From NCBI GenBank assembly GCA_001655205.1, contig LPNZ01009557.1, positions 1-43,470 of the forward strand: a stretch of DNA of 43,470 bases. Reading direction: 5' to 3'. Shown here in pieces: positions 12,601 through 23,270 of the stretch (its first letter is position 1; the number at the start of each line of letters is the position of its first letter). Source of the DNA: Lenisia limosa (lineage: Eukaryota > Protista > Breviatea). Both the position numbers and the translations under genes were made by a program. The notes under the pieces are model-generated. The model was not told the DNA's origin, searched no databases, and saw nothing but the letters and a program-made list of their open reading frames with translations.

Positions 12601-15600
12601 TAGCAAAAAATGGGTAGGGTGGATTCGCTGAGCTTGCCTGCTGGTCAACTAAAGGATGTTAACTGGGGGAAAGTTGCAAATCACATTTGCATGCATGGAG
12701 TTCAGTTCAATCTTATGATTTTGTAACGTTTCATGATTCACCTTTGCTCGACAAATCCTCAATTAGTATTTTCCAGTCAAAATATAGTCAAACTCAAGGG
12801 TGACAGTTTCAGAATTACAAAAAATAATTTGACTATTAATGAGATATCATCATATATCGATATATCATATATCATTACGTATTATTTATCAGAGAATATA
12901 TTACATGTTTGATGCACACCAACCAGTATTATCATATTCCTTGTCGAAGAAATACGGACATGTCGGAAGAGCCTTCTAAAAATAGTAATTGGAGCCTTTT
13001 CATATGATGTGACACAATATAACAGTTTGCTTTGACAAAAGTCATTCAATGTAAAATTGATATGATAATTTGGCAGTGAAATACACCCTCTTACAATGTC
13101 AAACTTCTCTGACTTAATTGAGAGTTCATTTGGGACAATGATTGTGAATTTAAGGATAGATTTGACAGTACGGTAAACACCAGGCGCAAGGGCAACCATA
13201 TTGGTGACAGTGATTCTACCTATACTTTCTTGAGAATAGAACCCAAAAATGGTCTTCCAAAATGTTTGATCAATTTTTGTGAAGATTGCTCTTGGTGTTA
13301 ATACATAATTAATCGTGTTTCAAAACAAATAACAACTGCTGCAAACCTCTTGTTACAATGTATTCCCCGTTTTCTTCAACTTTCATTGGGCAATCGGCCA
13401 TCACAATTTCCATGTCCAAGTCCGATGAGTACTTGTCACTTCAAAGTTATCTCAAAAACAGAACGTGCAAATAAAAATGTTGATTTTATGACAATAGAAT
13501 CTTGATTCAAAACTGGTACTTCTCATTGTGACCTCACCTGCACGTCTCATCATTCTTCCCTTTAATCCAATAAGGACCGGGGTAGACGCATGCGGAATGT
13601 GGGCCAGTCTAAATGGTTAAGTCGTCTGTTTAAACCAATTTTGTTTCATGCCTATGTATTGGTTATAGTACATTTTTAGAATGTCAAATATCATTCTGTA
13701 AACTTGTATAACAGTTTTCAGCTATACTATCCCTCAAATATGTTCATAAAAATTACCCAAGCTAACAGCTTTGTTAAGTTCAATTCTCACAACGTCAGAA
13801 TTGGTTAGTGTTAGAGATTCGACCTAAATAGTAAGTCACTTTTGAGATGTATTATTCTCATACATGGAGTCGCAGGCTTCCATGGGAAACGTTACTGTCG
13901 TTTGAAAGAACCACCTAAAGAATATAAAACAGACACTGTTAACGTCAGCTGATATTTCAAACAAAAAAATTGATCGAACAATAAGACCGCTATCCCAATC
14001 TTCAAACTTTAGTCATCATTGAGTTCCCAGTGGCAACAAGCTCCTCACAGTGTGATGATGGGGCAAAGTAGACTGAAAATATCATTCGCCTCCAAAGAAT
14101 GTGTTTCTAGCGGGAATATATTTGAGATAATCAAAGATAGTTGACCTCCTCCAATTCTGCATTTTAGATACCCACTCACCACAGTGCTTGTGGTAACAAA
14201 CTTCGTTGTGACTACACCTCAGGCCGCATGAACCGCAGTTATTCGGGTCATTTTGGAATTGCGTTATTGGCCTCGGAAAAGTCAGCAGTCAAAATACTTG
14301 TCAAAAGAGGGACACATATTGAATCTCACATTTCAAAAAGACTAATATTTTGGTTTTACATCCTAAACCAGCACGTGAATGAGCCTACATGCAGGAGCTC
14401 TGGCATTCTTTGTGCCCCAGGCCACAGATACATTTGTGTCCGCCTAATGTTGAAGGCTCGCATATCTAAATTGTTCAGTTGGGTTTTTAGATTTCTATGT
14501 AGAAATAGGAAATGCAATCAGAATACCTGGTCATGCCGACAACACAATGAAGGGTTGAAATTACACTCTAACTTCCCAGCAGGACAAGTATCGCCTGTCT
14601 GACACTCACCTGAAATATGAATCTTCTTTGGTTTTTCCCGTGAAAACAAAGCAAGAAAATGAGAAAAATATCACCCAGTCATACCATAAATGCATTTTTG
14701 GTGCGGCATGCATGGATTGTTACATCGTCCACAGTGTTGATTGGAAATCATAATATTTTCTGCATGTCAAAAGTAGTATTATATCATATTAATACAATTT
14801 GCCACAGATGAAATATTTTGATCAAAATTATAGCCTTTCATGTTGAAAATTTGAAGTACTAATATAATATTGGCGTGTTTGATTGTTCAAACATGAAGTA
14901 TGTGGTGCAATGTTGCCATTGATGCCCAAACCCACTGCAGCTCCCGTCACAGCTAAAAAACTTAAGTTGAATAGAATTTGTCATATGGCTTGAGTTTAGG
15001 CATCAGAACAAATTTGGATATACATATGATGATCCTTGAATTAAGTATAGCAATCAATCATGGTTTGTTAACCTTTGTCTGATTCATGCAGTATTTAAAA
15101 TTGCTCCCTCACAAGAGTTCATTGAAGCCACATCCACATGCGAAACGGTTGGTCTCAAAGTCAACGTGGCAGTGCTGATGTGTCAAATTGTTGAGAGTGT
15201 ACGCACTTGGATTAATATTTTCCTTTAATAAACTTGAAAAAAATGAGAATATGAATATTATTGATAGTTTGAAATTCATTTAGGCAAAAATAACCCAAGT
15301 TAAACGTACAATACATTAGAACAGCATGCCAACCTCGTCATATTTGCAGCACAGCGTGTAGTCGTCAACGAAGCCCGGACAAGGTTTCTACTTGGTTAAA
15401 AAACAGGTACAAAAAAGGTACAAAAAGCTAAAACACATGGCTAAAATAGGTTATGTCATCAGAAGCTTACAGTTGAATTCGGACACTCCTTGACACATTT
15501 TCCCTTTTCGTTGCACTCCAACCCAGTTTCGCAACATATTTCTCCACACACTTCCCGTTGGTCAAAGCACTCTGTAGTTGTAACAAAAACAGAATAGCGG

Positions 15601-16247
15601 TCTTATCATATCTTGTAGAAATATATAAAGCAAATAAATTTGTATCTGGCCGAAGCCATCTACACCATCATGCTTATAAGAGATTGGAGATATAAGATAT
15701 GCATATAGTTACTATGGAAGAGGATGCAAAAATATGTTAAGATCGTATTGTCAAGCAGAAGTTGATTATTATGTCAACACAGACTCAATCTTCATCGTTA
15801 TACAAAATCTCTTCATACCACACTTGCCGTTTGAGCACCACGCTCCTTTGGGACAAATATGGCCACATGACCCGCAATTATGACTCGACTAATTTGGCAT
15901 GAAATGAAGTTTCTGCTATCTTACATTTCAGGTAAGTGAAATTAGATTACGTTAATCATATCTATAAGACCACATTACCTGTATGGTGCATTTGTTATTA
16001 CAAATCAGTCCTCCCTCACACGTAAGTGCTGAAAGTTAAGAAAAATGGTGATTCCAGTAAAGAGAGTTCCAAGCAAAACAAGTCATAACTGTGACAATGG
16101 TTAATGGTTGGACCTTCTGACTGTACCTTTCTTTATTTCATTCTCAATTGTCTCAATCATTCTCTTACCTGAAACATCAAAGGAGAAGAGGAGAACACCA
16201 AGAAGAAGAATAAAATTGAAGGCAACGCGGTGTTGTAGATGTGACAT
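9616..16247 (-). CDS. Cys-rich type I membrane/surface protein with STIG1-like repeats; more than 25 exons
   Basis: Signal peptide MSHLQHRVAFNFILLLGVLLFSFDVS. Three CG-x-C repeats: NCGSCGHICPKGAWCSNGKC, HCGRCNNPCMPHQKCIYGEC and NCGSCGLRCSHNEVCYHKHC. A long beta-rich region with paired Cys and a Cys-rich juxtamembrane segment follow. The last exon VILGATAGLGLISAVVCCCSRARKKREIEDLTEF* gives a TM helix, a CCC motif and a basic stop-transfer. Confidence 0.8.
10693..10776. repeat. 42-bp tandem duplication (2 copies) spanning a 3' splice site and exon start
   Basis: aacgtagagttggaaacaaggtcatttgcct(g/t)ggtaaa(t/a)gtt occurs at 10693-10734 and 10735-10776. Confidence 0.95.
15630..15684 (-). repeat. 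Intronic hairpin element, copy A
   Basis: Sense sequence atctcttataagcatgatggtgtagatGGCTTCGGCCagatacaaattt, similar to copies B-E. Confidence 0.85.
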
Positions 16248-16559
16248 TCTGCTGTCAGCAAGTGTTGTTTATGTTCGCAGTGTCTTCCAATCTGAACGTC
16301 ACCTGAATGTACTTAACAGATTAAACATTGGCTGATTATTTGAATTATGGAATGGATAATACTCACTTTCTAACAGATTGCTTCAAACACTTAGTATTGA
16401 TAAGTGAAAATCTTCCATATAAGGAATCTTTAGGTAGTGCTTTTTAAGAGGATTTCAGACGCGATATTTGTGTAAATTCAATTATAATTGCTATTTAGCA
16501 CACAGAAAATAAGAGAAAGCTCCTTGGTTCCTTGGGATCCAATACGCCGCCGTGTGAAA

Positions 16560-19500
16560 ATGCCTCTTTCTTTACCGTTTTTTGTTTCTCTTGCTCCTCT
16601 TCCTCCACCTGTACTAGCAACTATAATAATAATAATAAATACATAACACTGCGCGTCACTAAAACTCTAAAACAAGTTTGCTCTGAGCTTGTCTAACTCA
16701 AGTCATCAGCATCTCACCTTCACAGCACCCTCTTTAAGTAGTACACCGCAACCAACACCCATGAACATTTAAGGGCTTGATCATTTAAAGGTTGGAGGGG
16801 GGGGGGTGCTGTCCTTTTCTTGAGCACAGTTTCATTCGTATCCACCTAGTGAAATGAAAACCACTTCCAAAGCCACCGCTGCCCAGAGGGAGGTTTTTGA
16901 GTACTTCCTCGGCGACGATGTTCTGGGTCCTGATATGACGGTGGCAGAGTTTTTTGCCAATAAAAGACTGGTGTGTTTCTTGCCCCTAGTTGGCAATTAC
17001 TATTCAGCTTAATTATGTTACACAAGACGTTGAAGATACTCTTGACAACTATGACGCTTCCGAGCTTAGCCACCAACAAGACTCCAAAAGGCAGAAGTTT
17101 GTCAAAGGTGTAGCTCTCAATATGTACGCAGGATATTGAAAGAACAACTGATGTGATGATGTACTGATTATGTAGTCTTGTTACTTGTTTGACAAAGCAA
17201 TCGTTCCAAGGGTACATAACAGGGGAGGTTCAACAAATAGTTGACGATCGTTTAATTGATGTCATTCTGGAGAATATTGCTGGCGATACGATACACTTCA
17301 CGCTTAATCCGAATGAAAATGTCAAGTCCTTGAAAGAAAGAATGGAAGCTGAAGCATCGCGTAAGTCTTGTGTCATATTTACCTTTCTTATGATATTACC
17401 AATTTATCTTTATGTTGTTTTCTCATCTTATGAACATCCTTTTCTTGTTTGTGACGTGTGGATTTGTATATTGTAGTGTTTTTGTTCTACTTACCAAGCC
17501 TTCTATCAAGAGAGCGAAACAGTTGTAGAATAACATTTACGCCAAAATCCAAGCCAATTCACAGCTTCGTAGATTTCTTGGTCTTACTGACAATTTCAGT
17601 TCCCCAAGCACACCAGAGTTTGTTTTTCAATGGCCAAGAACTGGATGACTTCAGTACCTTACATTCCAACGGAATCCAGAACCTTTCAATCTTAAAGCTG
17701 AAGTGTGAATTTCCTGAAGGTTTGCAAGATCTGCACCTCCCCCCCCCCCCCNNNNNNNNNNNNNNNNNNNNNNNNNNNNNNNNNNNNNNNNNNNNNNNNN
17801 NNNNNNNNNNNNNNNNNNNNNNNNNNNNNNATCTCCAAAAGTACGTTATTTTCTGATTAATCCTCGAGAAATACATCGGTATTATTGCAATAAGAATCGA
17901 CTGTGGTCTTTGGATCAACTAATAAAGCTAGACCCTGTGCACCAAAGTTCAGCCGACAACAACAGTCCTTTCTTTGTAAACTACAATGGAGTCAGCAACA
18001 ACCCTTGTTCGAGACAAGTTCGGCCACATGACTTCATAAGCTCGTTCAAAGACTCTCTTCAACAGAATTATCGTATGTTGAGCTAACAGCATTGTTTTAG
18101 CTTGGAGAATCCTTTTTTTTTCCTATAAAAAACTATTTATAAAATGTGTTTAATATGTGTCCATTTTGATAGCTTACATTTTATTCTACCCTGAAATAAG
18201 TGGATTATTCCTTGTTGTGTTATTTTGAACTGGAAGTCACTTACTCATTACAGCCACTCGAATGGTATGCTCTTCTTTGATGCGCGACTCTTGTGTTCTT
18301 GAGGATGACAAAACATTTTTTGATTATCAAATTGAAAGCCGCACAACCCTGAAGGCGCAATATTTGGCAGAACCTGAGGAACAAAGTGAGTAGTTACCCT
18401 TTTATTTACATGTTGTATTGTTGATTATCGGAAACAAATATCGTTGTGGTCATTGTTAATCAATTATGTCCCTTTTTATCGCTCATTTTGACAGTAATTT
18501 ATAAAAAGAGTGGGGTGTACTGTTGGATAGAAATTTTCATTGACAAAATTGGGATAAAGTAACAAAATGCCCCTCAGTGAGCCCATCACCCCCTGAATCC
18601 GTTACTTCTAACGGGTGGACCGAAGCCGTGTCAAGCTCACCACGCCGCCCCCCACCCACCCAAGCCAACGCGATGAAAGTCCAGTTTATTCCGTTCTCTG
18701 GGGCACCGGTGGGAGTTGAGGTTCAAAAAACCACTCTTATCGGCGAGTTCAAGAAGTCTGTCATGTCACCTAACTGTAGGTTACGGTTCCTTTGTCGTTT
18801 TTCTGTATTGATATCAATATCATCAACGCTTTTATTAAAAAAACAAATGTGAACAAAACAGTACCGTTCGAGAAGCAAGTCATCACCGAGATGGGCCGTT
18901 CACTCGATGACACCAAGTCCTTCGAGGACAACCAGCTCAGTAACCTTGCGACCCTCAAAATCGAAAACGTCATCAATGGTAAGGTGTTGTATTTTTATAT
19001 ATCATATGCATAAATAGAATATCATATGATATAATAATAATATATACCAATATAAATTAGTATATTATTATATATTATTACTTGGTTGGTGCGTTAAAAC
19101 GATGATATGACAGACATTAGGGACCTATTGTAGACTGTTTTTTTTTTTTGTTTTTTTGAAGCTATGATGGTTCTAAAGTATTATATCATACAGTATATGA
19201 TTAATTGTGCAGGAGAAAACGACTTCATAAAAGTGATGGTTCATTTCGACCCTGGAAATTTGCAACTTTTCTTTGTCCCCATTGTTCCCTCTATTACAGT
19301 TGGAAGTCTCAAGTACAAAATCATGCAGCAATCGGAAGGTAATATGTGCACTATTCTGTTCACCTCCATAATCCTGAGATATGTTGCTTTGTATGGCATC
19401 GGTCTCTGGATCTTTTTATCTCACTTTATATTCAAGAACATCATGGGATTGGGCGACTGACTTATTCTATCAGTTCCTCAGAAGAATCAGGTTCTGATTT

Positions 19501-20130
19501 ACAATGGACAAGTAATTGATGGAAACCACAAAACTCTTGACAGCTGTAAAGTAAACTTGAGAGACCAAATCAACTGCATCAAATCGAACAATAGTAGGTG
19601 CAACATCGTAGCATTAGTTTTTTTTTAATATGTACTTTCTTATCAGACCACATCTTAGATAATACTATATTTCGAAATTGTGTATCATAGGTATACCTGT
19701 CGCCAACTTAATTCTCGTTGTTTCTCACTGTTTTAGTCCCACTTCCTCCATCACTCAAGGTTCCAATCACTATTAAAACGCTGACAGGCAAAAGGATTCC
19801 ACTCTTAATCACGCCTCTTAGTACCATTCTTTCTGTCAAGTTACATATCATGGAGCAAGAAGGAAGTTTGTGGTTGTGATGATGGGTATACATAGTATTG
19901 TGTATAGTACTATATCATACATAACACAATGTATAAATATGAAAGATATCATTCTTGTCTTGTGCTTTTTCTCATTCTCTCAAATCAATTATACAATCAC
20001 CTCTTCAGTTCCCGATAGCCATCAGAGACTGGTTTATGCCGGCCAGCAGCTCGATGGCAGCCGCCTCCTCTTTGAGTATAACATTGGAGCTAACGCCACT
20101 CTTCACCTTGTTTTGTCAATGGGAATCTAA
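16560..20130 (+). CDS. Multi-ubiquitin-like-domain protein (at least 5 tandem divergent UBLs, no C-terminal GG); 5' end uncertain
   Basis: UBL1 IDVILENIAGDTIHFTLNPNENVKSLKERME..LPQAHQSLFFNGQELDDFSTL. UBL2 VRPHDFISSFK..VLEDDKTFFDYQIESRTTL. UBL3 MKVQFIPFSGAPVGVEV..PFEKQVITEMGRSLDDTKSF. UBL4 IKVMV..ITVGSLKYKI..VPQKNQVLIYNGQ. UBL5 ITIKTLTGKRIPL..IPDSHQRLVYAGQQLDGSRLLFEYNIGANATLHLVLSMGI*. Confidence 0.85.
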
Positions 20131-20318
20131 GATTTCTCTGTTCTGTTCCTTCATGACCGCTATAACGGTTTTGATGGTAATTCATGGGAACAGTTTGAAA
20201 ACTAGTATATGCATCATCATATAACAATTATATAATTTGACTCTTCGGCACTGCTGCGGCACCGCATACATAACCGTTGGCTTTTAATATTTTAAAATAA
20301 ATTGTTAAAAAAAAGGCT

Positions 20319-23160
20319 ATGGGCCAAGAAGACAATAAGGATGATCTGAGATCGCTTTCCCCACCAACAATTTTTCGTTGGAAAAATTTGGAGGAGACGC
20401 ACGGCTTGCGCACGGCTGACGCACGGTAGTTTGTGGGTGGCTAGAAGATAGAAGAGAGAGGCAGGAGGAGAGGTAGGAGAGAGACAAGACAAGCGCATTC
20501 AAATCTTGAGACGAGTTATGTGATCCTGATTCTTCGTATTCGTACCTATCCCCATCATGTTTGTGGATTATCTTGTTCTTTTCACGCCCATTCAATTGCT
20601 TCCTTCAGAATGAAGATATTTTATAAGCTTACTGCGTTGTGATTTTGTGTGCATTGGCATTTGTGTCATCGCTCAGGTTTGATCTTGCTGGCCCCTTGAA
20701 GCCACAGATCACAAAATCAAGACCCCCAACCACTTTTGTGTCAGCTGTTGAGGCTGGAAATCTTCAGGCTGCGAAGGAGCTTTTTACAGAGGCTGACTTG
20801 AATCAGACAAACAGCAGAGTGAGGGGGGCTTGATATTCTCGTCTTCTCTCTTCCCCAATTTATATGGATTAATATTTCAGGGTCGAACACCCCTTCATAT
20901 TGCCAGTCGAAAGGGCCATGGTTCTGTTGTTGAATTTCTCCTATTTAAAGGAGCCGATGTGTCCTCCCGTGATGGCCTGGTATGGTAGGGGTTTGTGAAA
21001 CCTAGTATAGATATAAATACACCTCCTAGGTGAAACCTCTGTGTTATTTATGACTTTTGAGCATCTTTCTTTACCCTTTGTGTATGGGGAGAGTAAATGT
21101 TGAGAAATTTTTTGTGATCAATTGAAATTTTTTTCTGCTCTACTCCTTTGTTTGAAGTAAACCCCCCCTTTTTTTTATTGGGTAATATTTTACCACAAAA
21201 GAATACAACTTCCTTTTTTTACACCCGTTTTGATAGAGTTGTTGGTCGCACTTGCTCCTGTCGATTTCTTCCTGTACTCTTAATTTCCCATTCACCCAAA
21301 CTCGCACAAGCAATTATCGTTTTATTGTGTAACAACCTTGTTTTACTGACCAACAGCAACATACGGCGCTACACCTTGCTGCCATGTCGGACAACACGGA
21401 AGTAGTGGAATTCCTTGTGCAAGGTGGCGCAGATATCCACTCTCGAGATTCTGAAGTAGGCATTCAGCTGAGGGGTTTTTGTTTCGCTTGTGGTAGTTTA
21501 TCGCCGTGTGTGTGTGGGGGTTCCAAGAAACTGTTTATAAAATGAAACATTGTTTATGTCGTATGTTTTGGGGACGCAATCAACTGATAAGCTGTAAGAA
21601 CATACATGTGTATTCCTTGTGAAGTTTTGATTAGAAACTCCCCTGCTGGAAAGCTTGGTTAAAGATCACAGGACCTGATGGCACTGCATGTGGCCTCTTT
21701 GCGTGGCCGCGCAGGAGTGGTTGCTCTACTTGTCGAGAAAGGTGCCGAAGTAAACGCGTCAACTCATTCGGTATGCCCCACATTTTGGCTGCTTATTATT
21801 GTGACATCCTTATTTCGAACTGAAACATATTTCAACTTGCTTGATATTTACGACTATTTTATCCATAAGCAAGGCATTGAGAAAAATGATTCAATAATTT
21901 AGTGTCATATGATGAGCCGATAAGTAATAAGTATGTTTCTGTGTCCTTTTATATGATATTGTATTGCTGCAAGAGTGGCAGTCTATATCATCTGTTTTTT
22001 TTTTTGTGCACGTGTTTTTTTTTTTTTTTNNNNNNNNNNNNNNNNNNNNNNNNNNNNNNNNNNNNNNNNNNNNNNNNNNNNNNNATTTCATTCTTCGTGG
22101 CAATCCCCCTTGGACTATTCTCCTATTATACTATGATTCATATCTCTTATAAGCGTGATGGAGTGGACGGCTTTGGCCAGTTACAAATTTGTTTTTTATT
22201 TCTCATTGTTTTTTTCTCAGCTTTACATATGAGCCAATATTTGTTAAGTTAATATTTCATTCCATTAACGTAGTAGGGGAGGCAGCCTTTGCACTACGCA
22301 GCCAAATCGGGACACACCCAAGCTGCAGAAGTTTTGCTCACCTGTGGCGCAGATCCCGACTGTAGAGATAGAGAAGTAGGTAAGGGATCAATTTGACATA
22401 TTCACGAGTAAACTATTGACCAAGTTATAAACTTTGCTTTACTTCCGCTCGCTTCCCAAATTACTGATAATACCAGGACTATACCCCACTGCAACTGGCG
22501 TGTAAGAATGGTTGTGGACAAGTGGCTGAGGCTTTGCTGTACTCAGGTGCCAACCCGCAGCTCAGAACGCAAACTGGGGTATGCTTTTTAAAATGCTGTG
22601 ATATTGCAAACCAAAAAATAAAAAAGATTCTTGTTATCCACTAGAGCTTCACTTTCGGTTCCAATAAAGACTGAACCCTCGATAAATCTTCGATATTTTC
22701 CCAGTCTTTTGCAACCAAAAATGAAATTCTACTATCCACTCCTGAAAGATTACTGATTCAGTATCATTTGTCTCACTCCGTTCTGACTACACAGAAAACA
22801 GCACTTCACCTAGCTTGTCACAACGAGTGCCCACAAATTGTTCGTCTTCTCATTGAACATGGTGCTGTAGTTAACGCCAAAGATAAAGACGTTTGTGGGC
22901 TATGTTGTATGCTGGGGAGGCACACAGAAAGCTGTGTGCACAGAGTTGTAAGGCAAATGATTGGGNNNNNNNNNNNNNNNNNNNNNNNNNNNNNNNNNNN
23001 NNNNNNNNNNNNNNNNNNNNNNNGCTTTTTACCTTTGTCTAACCATTTCAAGGGGCTGACAGCTATTGACACGTCGGCCCGATTGGCACATAAGAAGACT
23101 TTTCTCCTATTATTACACCATGGTGGTGCCCCTGCTATTGTCATGACAAGTACCAACTGA
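20319..23160 (+). CDS. Ankyrin repeat protein (about 8 repeats)
   Basis: Exons include GRTPLHIASRKGHGSVVEFLLFKGADVSSRDGL, QHTALHLAAMSDNTEVVEFLVQGGADIHSRDSE, DLMALHVASLRG.., GRQPLHYAAKSGH.., DYTPLQLACKNG.., KTALHLACHNE.. and GLTAIDTSAR..STN*. Confidence 0.92.
22142..22208 (+). repeat. Intronic hairpin element, copy B
   Basis: atctcttataagcgtgatggagtggacGGCTTTGGCCagttacaaatttgttttttatttctcattg, inside an intron of the + strand ankyrin gene. Confidence 0.85.
22642..22702. mobile_element. MITE-like element, partial copy
   Basis: tagagcttcactttcggttccaataaagactgaaccctcgataaatcttcgatattttccc is similar to 23765-23850. Confidence 0.6.
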
Positions 23161-23270
23161 GTTTAGTTTTTGTTTTCTTATTTATAGTTGTTTCTTCTTC
23201 GTGAGGTATTTTTTTTATGTAACTGTTCTTCAAAAATAAGTAATTATATTGGAATTAAAGTACAGATTTG

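Noticed and set aside
13590-13640. tRNA-like stretch (gggccagtctaaatggttaagtcgtctg)
   Set aside because: There is no T-arm (GTTCRA) or acceptor stem; it overlaps an intron/exon junction on the minus strand.
15060-15230. Apparent SWIM-finger/transposase relic, or TGA=Trp recoding (CGCGFNELL*GSN...)
   Set aside because: The TGA lies in a GT donor (ctctt|gtgagg). The segment is an ordinary exon of the Cys-rich membrane gene and splices in frame to its neighbours.
15630-15684. Hammerhead ribozyme or C/D snoRNA identity for the hairpin element
   Set aside because: GTGATGG and CAGA only partly match CUGAUGA/GAAA or the C/D boxes, and conserved core positions are violated, so no class was assigned.
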